Source: Eledone cirrhosa (taxonomy: Eukaryota). From it: a stretch of DNA of 64,000 nt. The position numbers and the translations under genes were made by a program. Shown piece after piece: positions 1 through 16,282 of the stretch. Where the stretch lies: positions 8,494,001 through 8,558,000 of the forward strand of contig OZ024750.1 of NCBI GenBank assembly GCA_964016885.1, in the 5' to 3' direction. The notes beneath the pieces were generated by a model that was not told the DNA's origin, did not search any database, and saw nothing but the letters and a program-made list of their open reading frames with translations. How positions within the stretch are numbered: the stretch's first letter is position 1; each line of letters begins with the position of its first letter.

Positions 1-946
1 AATTACAGGATGTTAGGAGATAAACTATTTAATTCAAATAAAACTAAGATGACGGTTTCTTCAATGTTCGATCAATATATTGTCATACAAAAGATATGAG
101 AGACTGAGAGGAGAGGGCGATGGAAGAATGTGTACTTGACCTGATCAAACCAACTTTTCTGTCAGGCGCCTCGTATGTAATCCTACATAATCCAATGTTG
201 TACAATATATCATTTTTAAGGCGGTTGGGTGTGATTTGAGGAGAATTTGCTTGTCATCTCTAACAGGTAGTGAGACCATATAGAGGGAAAGTCTCATTTG
301 TTGGCTGGGAGACATTGATTGATGCTGATAATTGGATAGATAGATAGATAGTTAGATATATACACACACGCACGCATACGCACTTGTATATCGGGAGGTG
401 ACCACAATTGAAAAAGGTACTCAATACATTAGTAGAGTATAGGCATCTTTATTTTATTATAGAAATGACTTGTACGGGACTATGCACACATACACACATG
501 TACGGATTCGTGAAGTTCTATACATTGTGTGGGTTGACGTATTCGAGATATGTACATAGACTCACATAATCTTACACATATAGATACACCACACTCAATG
601 AAATTATATTGATAAGAACTTTATAATTAATTATGTTTTGATAACATTTATTCATTTCCTTTTCTCAGATGATTTATCTAATTCTGTGTGTTTCGTAGTG
701 TGTGCTGTAACTATATAGTTGTGGTTTTAAATAAACTCATCGACTGAAGAAGGATATAGAATGTGTGTGCTTTAAAAATCATTTCAATAACATCAAGAGA
801 TGATGACGCAGGCATAACTGTGTATTTAAGAAGTTCGCTATGGAACCAAGTAATTCTATTTACAAAGAAAACAGAAATAACAAAGCGAATGATATAGTAC
901 ATTGAAGAAATAAATTAGTTTAATGCTTGAAATAGCGAGAAAAGTG

Positions 947-982
947 TCTTTACGTTTCGGACACTAGTCCTTCATCAGAAGA
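947..982 (-). ncRNA. Minimal type I hammerhead ribozyme motif (Penelope-like-element type)
   Basis: Minus strand: UCUU-CUGAUGA-A-GGAC-UAGU-GUCC-GAAAC-GUA-AAGA. Stem I UCUU/AAGA, stem II GGAC/GUCC, palindromic ACGU stem III, GUA cleavage triplet. Confidence 0.65.
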
Positions 983-1788
983 TAGTTAGAAATAAAAGAT
1001 ATAGAGGAAGAAATGTGTGTGTGTGTGGGGGGGGGGGAACATGCGTATTCAGTCAGTTATTTTGGAGCGACAAATGTCTTCTGTCAAATAGCCGTGGGTT
1101 GACCAATATCTTATAAATGGATGGCTCCTATACACGATGAGATACGATACGTCTTCACTTCAACAGAGAGTGAGAGAGCAACATTTTATTCTCTGAGGTT
1201 TTGAATGAGAGTCATGCAATTCTGAACTGAAATCTACGAAATGCATAAGATCAATATTGATTGATTTAAGATATGTATAACAATTTGTTTCTTTGATTGA
1301 TTACACTTTATCTCTTAATTTTGTCGAATGTTCTAGATTACATCTCAAGTGTAGGTTCTTGATATTTAACATTCAACTGGCGCCCACTCTTCTAAATTCT
1401 GCTTTATCTTTTAAACAAGATGAAAAGCACACATTACACTCGGGCTATCAATGTCTTGAGAATCTAATGCGAAATATATCGCTCAACACCGTGATGAAGC
1501 AGAAGATAATATGGAGAAACATTGATTTATGCCGATTACATGCATATGCGTGAGTCCCACAACTCATTGTAGGGGTATCTGTTGAAGTATTCGTGTTTAT
1601 ATAATATATATATATAGAGAGAGAGAGGAAACCAGCTTAGCAAAGACTGACTGACTCTCATTCTCCAAGGTATAAAACTCGTAGCTTTTAAAACATCCAT
1701 CAATTAATAATTATTTAATGATCTTGCTGTTTACCAGTGATTATCTAAGAAACAACAGTTCATATCCCGGTCGTCTCTGATCCAGGAG

Positions 1789-2128
1789 TCTTCTTCTTCG
1801 TCTTTTCCCACTTATTCCTGAGATTGTTGTGGAGGTAGAGTCCCCAAACACTCCTTCCAGCGGGTCCTGTCAGAAGCAACCATCTCTAACTAATCCGGCT
1901 GGATCACCAAGTGAGACCAGCCAAGCTCATGGATGTTATCCAACCATCTTGCTCGGGGTCTACCCCTGGGTCTCCTACAGGTTGGTTTTGCCTGTAAAAT
2001 CTGTCCAGCGATTCTTTGCTGTGATCTCTCAATTCGGAGGAGTAGCAGCTCCACCCGGAGTGACTCTTTGATCACTCTATCGAGTAACGTTACTCCAAAC
2101 ACCTTTCGGAGAAACCCCATTTCGGCTG
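1789..2128 (-). mobile_element. RTE-clade LINE 3' fragment
   Basis: Translation FLRKVFGVTLLDRV...VELLLLRIERSQ...AKPTCRRPRGRPRARWLDNI resembles the RTE/Expander ORF C-terminus; ends in GAATAAGTGG...GAAGAAGA tail. Confidence 0.85.
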
Positions 2129-2999
2129 ATGATCAAAAACATTTCAACCATGACTGTTACATAAAAGAGCAGCTTATTTAGTATATTAAAGTATGGTTAA
2201 ATCGGGATATTGCTGGTCCTTCTCAGCCTAGGTAAATCTGATATTGCTATGTTATCATTTCTACTTATAAATACACTGGAAAATCATTTCCCATGTTTCT
2301 TAAGCCAGAAGAAATTTATAAAATATTAATGACTTTGCTGCGTTCGTTATCATATTAATGCCTGCGTCAGATACGAAGACACCAAGAAACTCTACAACAT
2401 GGAACTGGATAATACTACCATTACATATTACATTACTTTTAAGTTCCTTAATAGTGTCTCGACTAAAATAGCATTGTGTTAAGTTTGGACACAGTATGTC
2501 CGAATGGTTAAGAGGTTCGTTTCGCAATCATTTGGTTTTGAGCTCGAGCCTACTGTTTGACTGTTCGGGGCAAGTATCATTTACCATAACCTCGGGTATT
2601 GTGAATGGAATCGGGTAGACGGAAATGGTTTGGAAGCTCGTCAGATGTAATTCAAAATTCAAGAGCCGGCATTGTCACACATCGTGCTATGCTGAATCTC
2701 CCTGAGAATTACGTATATGTGGAATAATACGCAACCATTTTACACATTAATTTCGTGAGTAGGCTGTTCTGTTGATCAAACAACTGGAACATTCATCGCC
2801 GAAACCGATGTAGGGTCAATCCATTACTTGATGTTATATCTATGGTCGTTAACAGGCTTTTGTTGACAACCTCTGTTTGTCTTTGGAGGGGTTAGCCTAC
2901 ATTTCAATTTCCCAATAAAGTTATTCTTTTGGTATTTTATGGGTTTGTGTGATAAACACAATAAACGCGCAGTGAATTAAGAACTCATAAACAGCACAG

Positions 3000-3815
<816 letters not shown>

Positions 3816-4013
3816 TGTTAAAATGATTAACACAGGAGTAAAGTATAAAGACATTATTACGTCTAGATTTTATAAGTCGGCTTTTTTAATTAAAATCTAA
3901 ATAATTTTGTTGCAGTATAATCCAGGAATTCTTTACATGAGCTAAATTACAAAAGTATTTTTGTCATACACACACATACCCTCTTATAGATCCACATACA
4001 TACTCGTACGTAA

Positions 4014-4045
<32 letters not shown>

Positions 4046-4180
4046 ATACATGTAATTATTTTTCTGAAGAGGCTTAGTAAACACTTTCTTTGCTTGAAAC
4101 ACCATAGGTATGTTGCAAGAAAAGTAATAACTGAAGGTGTGTGTGGATAGATCATCATTTAACGCCCGCCTTCCCTGCTA

Positions 4181-4233
<53 letters not shown>

Positions 4234-4589
4234 TACACACACAGACATCCACTCATTCACTCAAACAAACACATACAGCCATAAATCATACACACACAAA
4301 TGTATATAATGTATATCGTAAACAAATTAAAAGAATTTTGATAATGATTTCTCTGAATATGTTGTTACACAAATATTTTGAGAAATTAGATTAAAAAATA
4401 TATATAGGGTTCAGATATAATAGAAAATGGGGTGTGATTAAAGTAAGGAATAAAATGTATCTTGTCATACTAAGAAGCAACTAATAATGTTGATGATGAT
4501 GATGATAATGATAATGATATTGATGTTTTCTTTATTGGTAATGAGGGTGCTAATAGTAATACCATAACCTCCTCCACCATCATCATCAA

Positions 4590-4975
4590 ACCAACATCAG
4601 CCCCACCACCACTAACATCAGCCCCACCACCAACACCCACCACCACCACCAACATAAGTCCTACCACCACCACCAACATGAGCCCCACCACCATGAGCCC
4701 CACCACCAGCACGAGCCCCACCACCACCACCAACATGAGCCCCACCACCACCCAACAACATGAGCCCCACCACCACTCAACAACATGAGCCCCACCACCA
4801 CCCAACAACATGAGCCCCACCACCACCACCCAACAACATGAGCCCCACCACCACTCAACAACATGAGCCCCACCACCACCCAACAACATGAGCCCCACCA
4901 CCACCCAACAACATGAGCCCCCCCCCCCATCAAACCCACAGCCAGCAGCACCAGCACCTCCCCCCACCACCTCCA
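4590..4975. repeat. C/A-rich minisatellite (CCACCACCCAACAACATGAGCCCCA-like)
   Basis: Repeated ~25-31 bp units. Confidence 0.9.
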
Positions 4976-5414
4976 CCTATATACCGATACTATAATAAAA
5001 ATACCAATAATGACATTGCTAAATGTTACAACAAAGTACAGAAGACAGTCACCCGTCTATTACAGTTCCATGTTCGATATGTTATCGGAAATTAGACGAA
5101 AAATAAAAGAAAGGATCTTTGGAAATGGTAAGAACTCCATATTTAAAAATACAACAAATCTCTCTGATGTTGATGAAATGAGTCTGAGATCAACAACAAT
5201 GATCTGATCTCTTTATATATATACTATACTATATATATATATATATGTATATATATGTATAAGAGAGAGAGAGTAAATGGAGGAGCATTTGAGCGGCGGA
5301 TTATTAATTAAAAGTAAGCTTGATTGAATGACATTAGAATTGCCGTCATCACCCTCTCCTCTAATTATAACCTTCACCCTGTCCTCCACCACCGACACCA
5401 CTAACACCGCCGCT

Positions 5415-5665
5415 ACCAGCGTTGTCGTCACTGCCTCGACACCATCGTCACTTCTAATTACAACCTCTGTGCCCCCCCCCCCCCACCAACATCGCCGCCA
5501 CCACCACCAGTGTCGTCACTACCTCGACACCATCGTCACTTCTAATTACAACCTCTGTGCCCCCCCCCCCCCCCCACCAACATCGCCGCCACCACCACCA
5601 GTGTCGTCACTACCTCGACACCATCGTCGTCACTTCTAATTCTAACCTTGCCCCCCCCCCCCACC
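5415..5665. repeat. ~80-bp tandem duplication, 2-3 copies
   Basis: CCTCGACACCATCGTCACTTCTAATTACAACCTCTGTGC(C)n ACCAACATCGCCGCCACCACCACCAGTGTCGTCACT repeated. Confidence 0.9.
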
Positions 5666-5850
5666 CCACCCCCACTAACACCGCCACAGCCACCCCCACC
5701 ATCACACAACCACCACTCCTACCATTAGTATTTTCACACACACATACACACACTCGTATGTACAGCATTCAGTCACACACGTATATACATACATAGACAC
5801 TCACCTACACACAGACACTCACCTACACATATAGACACAGAGCCACTCAC

Positions 5851-6900
<1,050 letters not shown>

Positions 6901-7562
6901 GTGTGTGTATTGTGAGGTGTGTTCATGTGCGTAAATCTGTACACTTGCGTTCATATACACACACACCTCCACATTCGCGTTCACCCCCCCCCCCCCTCCG
7001 CATTAGTGCCCCCCCACACACACACACTCCTCCCCCACCATCCACATACAAAGTTTTTAGATTTAGTTTCTTTATTTTTAGATTTAGTTGTTTCTTAAGT
7101 AAAACAAGGAAAAAAGAAAGAAGCACCCCTAAAAAAAAAAGAAAGAATTCTTTCATTTCTTTCATTATCCATTTATTTCATCGTCGGATTCTACGGAGCA
7201 ATTCACCAGCTTACATAGGATTGATAACGTTTCCAAAAACTTACCCGGAGAGAGGTAGATTGAAAGAGTAAAACATACTGCCATACCATCATCTTAATGA
7301 GACGCCTCCTTGCTTTAATTTTGTCAAATGGTTGCTCTTAAAACAAATTCACATTAATTGATTACACAAATAGATAAAAGGGTGAACATGGAAGGAAAGC
7401 CGTGGTGGTGGTGCTGGTGGTGGTGCTGGTGTATGTCAATGGAACGTGTGTGTGTGTGTGTATGTGTGTGTGTGTGTATGGTAAACGTGATTATGCAGGT
7501 AGGTTTAATGAAAGGATTTCACAACCTTGTAAATTTCATTATTTAACCTATAAAATTATACT

Positions 7563-7661
<99 letters not shown>

Positions 7662-7809
7662 AGACCAAGAAAGCACTCTCACACATCCTATCTTACACTC
7701 AAACACTAACAGTTATACACACCTACATCCACACACACACACACAGCCACACAACAGCATCACTATTACTATTTCACATCATGTCGTTGTGTATGTATGC
7801 CGTTTAATT

Positions 7810-8010
7810 ACTTAGGTGTTCGGCTTGCGATCGTAAAGTCATGATTTCGATTCCTAGCTGTGAGTTGTTTCCTTGAGCAAGACACTTTATTTCATGTTGT
7901 TTCTGTTCATTCCGTTGCAAAAAATCAATTGTACGTTGTAATTCAATGGGCCAGCAATGCTATATCTTATGTCAAGCTGAATATCTTGAAAACTTTATTA
8001 AAGTTGAATC
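7810..8010 (+). mobile_element. Second tRNA-derived SINE family (B)
   Basis: GGTGTTCGGC...TTCGATTCC...CCTTGAGCAAGACACTTTATTTCA; homologous to 44150-44445(-). Confidence 0.7.
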
Positions 8011-8379
8011 ACGCTGTGTCTTATCGCTAAAACCTCTTTTCCTTTCTTTCTTTCCTCTCTCTATACACACATATTCATACACACGGTATATTATATATAA
8101 ACATATTGTATGTAAGTTTATAGACTCCAACATTGCAATCACTACCTGGTCAGTATTGTACTATATGTGAAAAAGACTACACTAAGAATATTTTAACGAA
8201 ATCTTCCATATCTGGGCGTACGGAATCAAATGGTGACGAACTGTAAAGATAGTGAAATACTTTCACCGCCCTTACATACACGTATGCTGTAACCCGACCC
8301 TCATATGACAAACACTGTTTTTAATAGTCTTATTCACACACACACACTAATTATAACGAGCAGGCAATCCAACTATTAA

Positions 8380-8637
8380 TTGAGAGATCACAGCTCCGAT
8401 ACTATGGGCATGTGGTTAGAAAGTCTCAGGAAAGAATTGCTGGACAGATTTTACGGGCAAAACCAACCGGCAAGAGACCCAGGGGTAGACCCTGAGCAAG
8501 ATGGTTGGATAACATCCATGAGCTTGGGAATCTCGTCGGATCAGTTGGAGACGGTTGTTTCTGACAAGACCCACTGGAAGAAATATTTGAGAACTCTGCC
8601 TCCACGACTCTGTCAGGAATAAGTGGACAAAGAAGGT
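8380..8637 (+). mobile_element. RTE-clade LINE 3' fragment
   Basis: Reverse-complement homologue of 1789-2128 (GACCCAGGGGTAGACCCTGAGCAAGATGGTTGGATAACATCCATGAGCTT...GGAATAAGTGG). Confidence 0.85.
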
Positions 8638-9062
8638 TTTTAGGCTGAAGATCAGAAATTTGAGACAAGGCAAATCGATGATTATATCAACACCAATGTT
8701 CGATTAGTATTTTATTTTATCGACCACGGATGAAAGAAAAAGTCGACCATGGCAAGATTTGAATAAAGAATACAGCAAGCCGCCACCAATTACCACAAGG
8801 CACCATCTCTAGTGATGAGGTTACTAAGTCAGAAATATTATACTAGTATTAACAACAACCACCAACTCATCTCAGATACTTGAGACGTGTATGTTTGTTT
8901 TTCGCTGTGTGTGCTTGTCTTTGTGTGTGTATATGTTGCTTTTACGTGTGAGTGTGTTTGTACGTTTATCTCTGTATTGTATTTTAGGGTGTTTGTGTTT
9001 GCATAAGTATGCTTTTTGTGTATATGTGTTTGTATGAGTATGCACACAATCTGTGGGAGTGA

Positions 9063-9270
9063 GCGCATATGTGTGTGTGTGTGTGTTTTTTTTCTTTGTT
9101 TCTGTGGTTGTTAGCCTGCATTGTAAGTGTGTGCATATGTGTGTGTGTGTTCTTTTCTTTGTTTCTGTGGTTGTTAGCCTGTATTGTAAGTGTGTGCATA
9201 TGTGTGTGTGTGTGTTCTTTTCTTTGTTTCTGTGGTTGTTAGCCTGTATTGTAAGTGTGTGCATATGTTT
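9063..9270. repeat. ~60-bp tandem repeat, 3 copies
   Basis: GCATATGTGTGTG...TTTCTTTGTTTCTGTGGTTGTTAGCCTG.ATTGTAAGTGT repeated. Confidence 0.9.
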
Positions 9271-11911
9271 GTGTGTGATGAGAATCGATCAAATGATGTT
9301 GATGCTGATGATGACTATAATGACAATAAGGAGAGGAGGAAGACGAGGTGGGTGGGGGCGTTAGCAGTTTTGATGATCATCATAAGGATAATAGCGATCT
9401 CGATGATGATGATGATGATGAGGAGGAACAGGATATTGATGACGATGGCGATGATCATTAGAATGAAGGGGAGGAGTTAAAGGATGCTAGTGACAAGCAT
9501 AAGTGCTTGAATCGGAAAATGTTTGACAGATTTCATTATAAGCTCAACTTAGTATCTTAGAAAACTACAACTTTCGACACACGCACGCACGCGCACGCAG
9601 ACTCACACACACCGCACAGGAAAGAAATCTATGAAGACCCATCATGTTAATACACTAAATGACATACATATGTCAACCGATATTCCATGGTCTCTGAACT
9701 TGACATATATACCGAAACAGCCCCTGAGAACACAACTTGTATAATCTAGTTTCCCACCTTGCGTCCCAATTTCAAATCCGCCGAGGCCGACTTAAACGTT
9801 TTATCCCCCTTTAATCGATAAAATGCCATACAGTCAAGTACTGATGTAGATATAGTGGCAACCTTGGGAAGAATTCAACTTAGACCGGGTCAGGGACTAG
9901 GAGGAATAGAAATTATCCTCAGACCGATGGCTTGATCCCAGTGCTGTACAGAATTTAGACATATGCTAAACATGTTAAAATTTTGGGCTTCACAATCTCC
10001 TCAAAATAAAGCGTGTTTTTTGTGAGACCTGGTGTAATTTTTTTAACACGGAACACCAAAACTTCATATAGCTTTGAGCTTCACCGAGTATAAATATCGC
10101 ACTACCGGAATACTTTTAACATATTAGACGCCGATAAAAGCTCCCAAGCGCCAGATGGATTAAGTCTACAAGCTAAGGTGGAAATACCCTTTTTTGTTGG
10201 GCTTCTTCATAATTTTCTTCTATGAAATTTCATCCACAAAGGTTTGAAATTGTATGGTAGAAAGCTGTAGTAGAAGACATATTGCCGAATATATCGAACA
10301 GCAGGACTGAACCAGAAACCGTGTATTTGCGAAGCGAACTCTTTAGCCATGTGGCTATACTTCCGCCCTGTTTCAAGTTTAGTCACGGACAAGCAACAAG
10401 ACTTTACGATATTCTATCGGGGTGGGGGGGAATTGGATGTCAATTCGTGGTTGTTCGTCATAGATATAAATAGCAGAAAAATCTCCTTCAAATCACACTT
10501 TGTTGTCTTGAAAAAGAAAAGACCAGGATGGTCATGGCTGGAATTACTTTCAACACAGGCCTTCTTGATAAGGGCTGGCTTGAGGCTAAACAACAACAAC
10601 CACAAGAACAATAACCATAAAAGGTCTTAATTCAAAACATATCTTCAATAAAACAACTTTATCGGTTTTAATTAGCAAGATATTTAAATGGTTGAATGAC
10701 TGTTATAAACTCTTCCATCACTACGTTTAGGATAAAACTTTGAGGTCATCATACCAAGTCTTGGAAGATCAAGTATGATATTTAGTCGTATGTGTGGGTG
10801 GGAGGAGGTCGTAATATTAGCTCTTCAGAACTTTATATTTCATTTTATTGTTTTAATCTCAGTGAATATTGAAAACCAATGTCAGTATTATCGCACGTTA
10901 TAAAAGTTAATTAAATAATGGTAATTGGAAAGAGATGAAAGAGGAACAAATGATACTGTCTAAGAAATGACTTATGAAACTGAAGATAATGAATGACTAT
11001 TCAAATTGAAGATCAGACAAATTGAGATTATAATACTTTTACACAGATAGATTAATATATCATTTGAAACATGTCCAAAAACTATTTTACCTGGCTGGCC
11101 GATTCAGCTAAATGAAAGATGTTAACAATATGTAATAATGGTTGAGAGAATCAGTAGGGCGGAAGGTAATTTGCCCTGTAGTATATTGTTAAACTTCTCA
11201 GTTCAAACCTCGTCAGAGTTGATTTTTGTGTTTCATCATTCTGGGGGCGATATAATCAACTATGCCCCCCCCCCACACACACATACCAATTTGATCGGTT
11301 TTACGTCTATGTTTAAAAATCGATAAGGAAAGCGGAGTATTGTTAAATAGTTAACGAGGCGGGCAAAATAATTAACAATTGTTAAGTCTCGATATATTTG
11401 TCGGTTCAAATCGTGGATGATTTTGACTTTGATGGTTCTGTGGCTAATATTATCAACAACAACTAAAGAAAACATGGATGTAGTAAAACACTATTTCGTT
11501 TTATGGCTGCGAATTAACAGAATCGCTATAATGATAATGAAAATTGTCTCTAGTGCTTAGGTGCACTACAATTTATTAAAGGTGAATCTATAGTACATAG
11601 GATAATGTACAAATGCCTGCAAAGTGAACAGTGTGTCATGATATACACACACACATCCGTGCGTGTGTATGGAGGGGGACTATCAGGTGTAGTGTTGGAA
11701 GTTTTGTTATCCGTTTCGTCTCTCAAAACTTTTAGTTCACATCTAGCCGCGATCAACTTTGTTTTCTATTGTTTCAAAGACGATTCTCCTCTCCCCTATT
11801 TATCCCTCTGGATTGTACAGGTAATTTAAATTCCAAGCCTTTTCATGCTGATTTGGCTTGAGAATTGATACACGTGGCTATGCCGCTTACATAATAAATC
11901 TCTCTCAATAC

Positions 11912-12045
11912 TTGACATGTATTTTATTTCATCGATCCTGAAAGTGTGAAAGGAAAAGCTGGTCTAGGCGAAATCTGAACTCAGAACGCAAAGTCGAACC
12001 AAATGTCGCATGGGATTTTGTCCCGACTCTTCCCTTTCACCGCCA
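11912..12045 (-). mobile_element. SINE family A copy (diverged)
   Basis: GTATTTTATTTCATCGATCC...GAAAGGAAAAG...AATCTGAACTCAGAACG. Confidence 0.65.
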
Positions 12046-12643
12046 TGTAGAAGGATTATATTACTCAATAACTACCGGAGATATGAATTCACAAATCCCT
12101 GATTAAAGTTAATTACTTTCTTTGCTAGGATCTTTGAAAAAGGTATCAATGACAAGTAATCCTATATCGTTTCCTTTTAAACGCGTCTTCCTTTCAAATG
12201 TCTTTACGGAAGAAGTAATTATTATATTCTGCTGAAGAAGTAAGCGTAATGGAAAAGCAACAGAGAGAAAATCTAGATGTTTAAAGTACATTGTACTGTA
12301 CTGTATTCTGCTGTATAGTAAATGGATCTCCATTGGTGTCGACGATCAGTGTGTCAGTTGTTCGCTCAATGGTACAGCCTAATCGTTAAACCTATGAGTT
12401 CCACATATATGTGTAACCTAATCATAATTCTTATGGAAATTCAGTGTGATACAGTGCGAGAGGGCTGTTCTTTGAATTACATGTACAGTATATCTGACGG
12501 GTTTCAGCCAAGTTTGTGTATATTCCCTATTGTTTGGGACCTGCGAGTAGTTCTATAGAAGCCGTATTAGGGGGTCATTAAGGAGGTGAGATATATTATG
12601 ATATTCTATTGTTTTTTGTATTTCCCAAAGTTATTAATGATGA

Positions 12644-12842
12644 TTTCTAGTATTGGCACAAGGCCAGTAATTTGGGAGAGGGGAAACAGTATGTTACTGG
12701 CGCTTTATTTTATCGACTCCGTAAGGATGAAAGGCAAAGTTAACCTCGGTGGGATTTGAACTCAGACTGTAAAGGACGGTAACTCTATGCTACAAAGCAT
12801 GGTGTCCGACCCTCTACCGATACTGCCAATCTACCGCCCTCT
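12644..12842 (-). mobile_element. tRNA-derived SINE (family A), full length, with 19-bp TSD
   Basis: A box TGGCAGTATCGG, B box GAGTTCAAATCCC, core GCCTTTCATCCTTACGG.GTCGATAAAATAAAG; TSD CCAAAGT(T/A)ATTAATGATGA at 12625-12643 and 12843-12861. Confidence 0.9.
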
Positions 12843-13911
12843 CCAAAGTAATTAATGATGAAAAAGAAGTGAGCTTCTGTCAGCCACGAATCGAAACCGG
12901 ATCGCTAAGCGTCAACTAGTTCCAATTTAACGTTTTATTATGTCATTCACTAACACTGTTTTCCTTATATTTTCTATACCAAAACCTATAGTGCAGTGAT
13001 AATTTTTCAGTAAATCTATTCTACAATGTTGTTTTGGATTCTAAACTGAGAAAAAAAAAAAAAAAAAAAAAAAATAGATAGATAAATAAATAAAAAGAAA
13101 CGATACAACATCACTTAACGTTAGGTGTTTCCAAACTCCCCCTTCAGTCTCCTATCAACAATTCACGCTTGATATCTATTATAAGAAATCATTACTACAT
13201 ATTGACTGTTGATAACGTATTTTTTGAAGTGGAGCAATTCAGCTATCTTGTCTAAAGTATTAGACAGTTCAAACAAATGCTGATATATGCCTACTTAGAA
13301 GAACACTTAACAGTTTAGAATTGTAAATTTTCATAATTTGCCTTCAAAGTGCCACACCGTAATAGTAATTGGATGACGAAAGAAGAATTATCTGTTGGGG
13401 TTTTTTTTTTGTCTGTTTTTGCTTTATATATATATTTTTTTTTCTTTACAATTGATTATATGTTATTTTCTGTTAGATTATATATCATGCCTATGTTATT
13501 TCTGCCAATCAAGTCAGCGATATTGGTCAAATTAGCAGCTCCGTGCACACACACACGAGCTAAAGCCAGCGGTCTTTAGAGAAAACCCAAACATTGTTCT
13601 ATCATAGAACAATAAGAGTGATTTTAAAAGTATATTACTTGGACAACAGGTGACAGAATTATAAAGAGAAAATGAGGTTGTGATGTTTATATTTTCATCG
13701 AGAATATCAACCGAGCGGGGGGGGGGGGGGGTATTATTCGAGACCCGAGAGTATATATATATATTGTAATATGGGAAATGAAATGGCTACGAACGGTAAT
13801 GAAACCCCAATTGGTGAATCAGTCTGCTGAATGCTGACTCTTGTCCGTGTTATTTAAAATATATTATAATGATTTTGTTAGGAACACAAGGCCATATATT
13901 TAGAAAAGAGC

Positions 13912-14053
13912 ATATTGGATAACACTCATGAACTTGGCAGGTTTCGCTTGGGGATCCAGACGGATCAGTTAGAGACGGTTTCTTCTGACAGAACCCGCTG
14001 GAAGGAGTGTTTGAGGACTCTCTCATGAATAAGTGGGCGGAGAAGAAGAAGAA
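13912..14053 (+). mobile_element. RTE LINE extreme 3' fragment with (GAA)n tail
   Basis: TTGGATAACAC...CTGACAGAACCCGCTGGAAGGAGTGTTTGAGGACTCT...GAATAAGTGGGCGGAGAAGAAGAAG. Confidence 0.8.
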
Positions 14054-14880
14054 ACGTAGATGATTTCATAGACCCAAACCATCAAACGGGGAAATTCAAA
14101 GATTTCCCAGAACAGATTTGAACTCAGAAAGTAAAGAAACTTAATATCGCAAATCACTCGATCTGTTGCACTCTCGATTCTGAAATCCACAACACCTTGT
14201 CACCCAGTTCAATACAATACTCTATATTACGGTACATCACGGATATTTATCGAGTAAAATGAAAAGCGTTGATGTGTTGAGGGTAGAAAATTAGATTTAG
14301 ATATCCAATATATATCCTGACACTGATGGTCACAAATTCTGACGTAATCGGTTTTATCTTTCCCCATTCGAACATTGATATCTTCAACCTTCGGAGATCG
14401 ATGCTATTACTATATTGGTGTCGAATTTATTGTATGTAATATCTACCATTCTGTTTTTTTTATTATGAGAAACAGTACAAAAAAAAACAAAAAAACAAAA
14501 CGCTTTGAGGTTTACAAAGACAATCAATATTTATTCAACTAAGATGAGATTAAATAATAAAAGAGATACGATAGTTGTGAATTGGCATATCTATAGAACC
14601 ATATAAATCTCACCAAAGGGAAATAACTTATGGCATCACCATTCCTCTGTCATATTCTTCGTACAAAAAATAATCGGATGATACATTTGTATTTTTCTTA
14701 TCCTTCGTTGCTTCTGATAGAAATCATTATATATATATAAAAAAAAGTTATGAAAAATCAGTTGGATTGTGGAAAAGTCGTGTTGGCCATTGACAAAAAG
14801 ATATACACTATTTATGGATGGGTGAAATTCAAATTACAGTCAACTTCTATATTATCAAGAGTTTAGATCTAATAGAATAT

Positions 14881-15055
14881 TGGTTTCTGATTTAGGTACA
14901 AGGCCAACAATTTTGGGGAAGAGAAAATTCGATGAAATCGACTCCAGTGTGTCACCGGTAATTTATTTTATTGACGCCATAAGGATGAAAGACAGCTAAC
15001 CACGATGGGATTTGATCTCAGCATGTAAAGGACCGTAACTATATACCTCCAAGCA
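14881..15055 (-). mobile_element. SINE family A copy
   Basis: GGTTTCTGATTTAGGTACAAGGCCAACAATTTTG...AAGGATGAAAGACA...GGATTTGATCTCAG. Confidence 0.8.
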
Positions 15056-16248
15056 TGTAGAAAGTAATGAAATATTGGGAAGAAATCACCGAATTATGCA
15101 AATATTTGATAGTCTTGCACAATAAACATAACTAATGACTTTAAGAGAACTATGGATGTTTTAATTACTATATTTCGAGTCTTTATACATGCTGTTCTGT
15201 TTTGCTCCATTGAAAAACAGAGAGAGAGCGTCTATGTGCTCGCCTGGTCTGCTAGATTTAGCGGCTATTTTTTTCTACAAATCACGTCTTACTCTCGCAT
15301 ATAATGAAATACATAATGAATAATGAAGCCCTGCATATACCATATCTAAATAAGAAAAGTTAGGATGGTTACATTGTGAATACCTTTGAACATAAGCCTT
15401 CTCGGTTATGGCTCAATTACACAAAATAACAACAATAACAATAGAGATGAGAAATATTAAGAATGTGGGTGTTTTATTATAGAAGGTAATTGTCGGTTAG
15501 TCACATTAGCGAGTTGATTTTCTTTTCTATCGCAGATAACCTTACTTGTAACATTTCGTTTCTTTTTTTTTTATAAACGAAAGATCGTTATACTATTTCA
15601 AAGCCTCCTTTTATCTAAATTAATCGCCCTCTTTCCTAGGTAAAAATATAAATAAGCAATCAATCATTAGAAATCGAACATGACACGAGACTAGCAATTT
15701 GGATTATAAAATATCTTTACATGAATAGAGATTTATTTTAAGATGTAAAAGTCATTAAAATTAGTAACAAAACTGCAATAAATCAAAGTTTGTTAAGTTG
15801 ATTACGCGAACAGTGTACAGTTTCGATATTAGTCAACGTAGACAATGAATTAGAGAAACAATCAAAAATAGATAGATGAGTGAATAAAATGTGGAAAAAA
15901 AAAAAAAAAATTAAATTAAAACAAAAAAGATGATAATAGCAATCAACTAAATATAGATATCGGTTTCTCACAGACAGAAATTATCCATATTGGCAAATTT
16001 TCTTCAACGCTCTCTATATACTATGCCTAGCTATGTACATATAATAGATGTATGGTTACACATACATACGTACATCATGTACATATATATATGTATATAT
16101 ATATACACACACACTCACTTATATATGTATTTCTATATACATGTTTATATTATATGTATATATATACATTGTGTGCATGTATAAAATATATATATATATA
16201 TATACTTAGGGTGGATCATATTTGATTCAATTATGGAAACATTAACCA

Positions 16249-16282
<34 letters not shown>

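Noticed and set aside
4470-4976. Gly/Trp/Val-rich ORF resembling a structural protein
   Set aside because: Minisatellite with frameshifting units; no splice or coding support.
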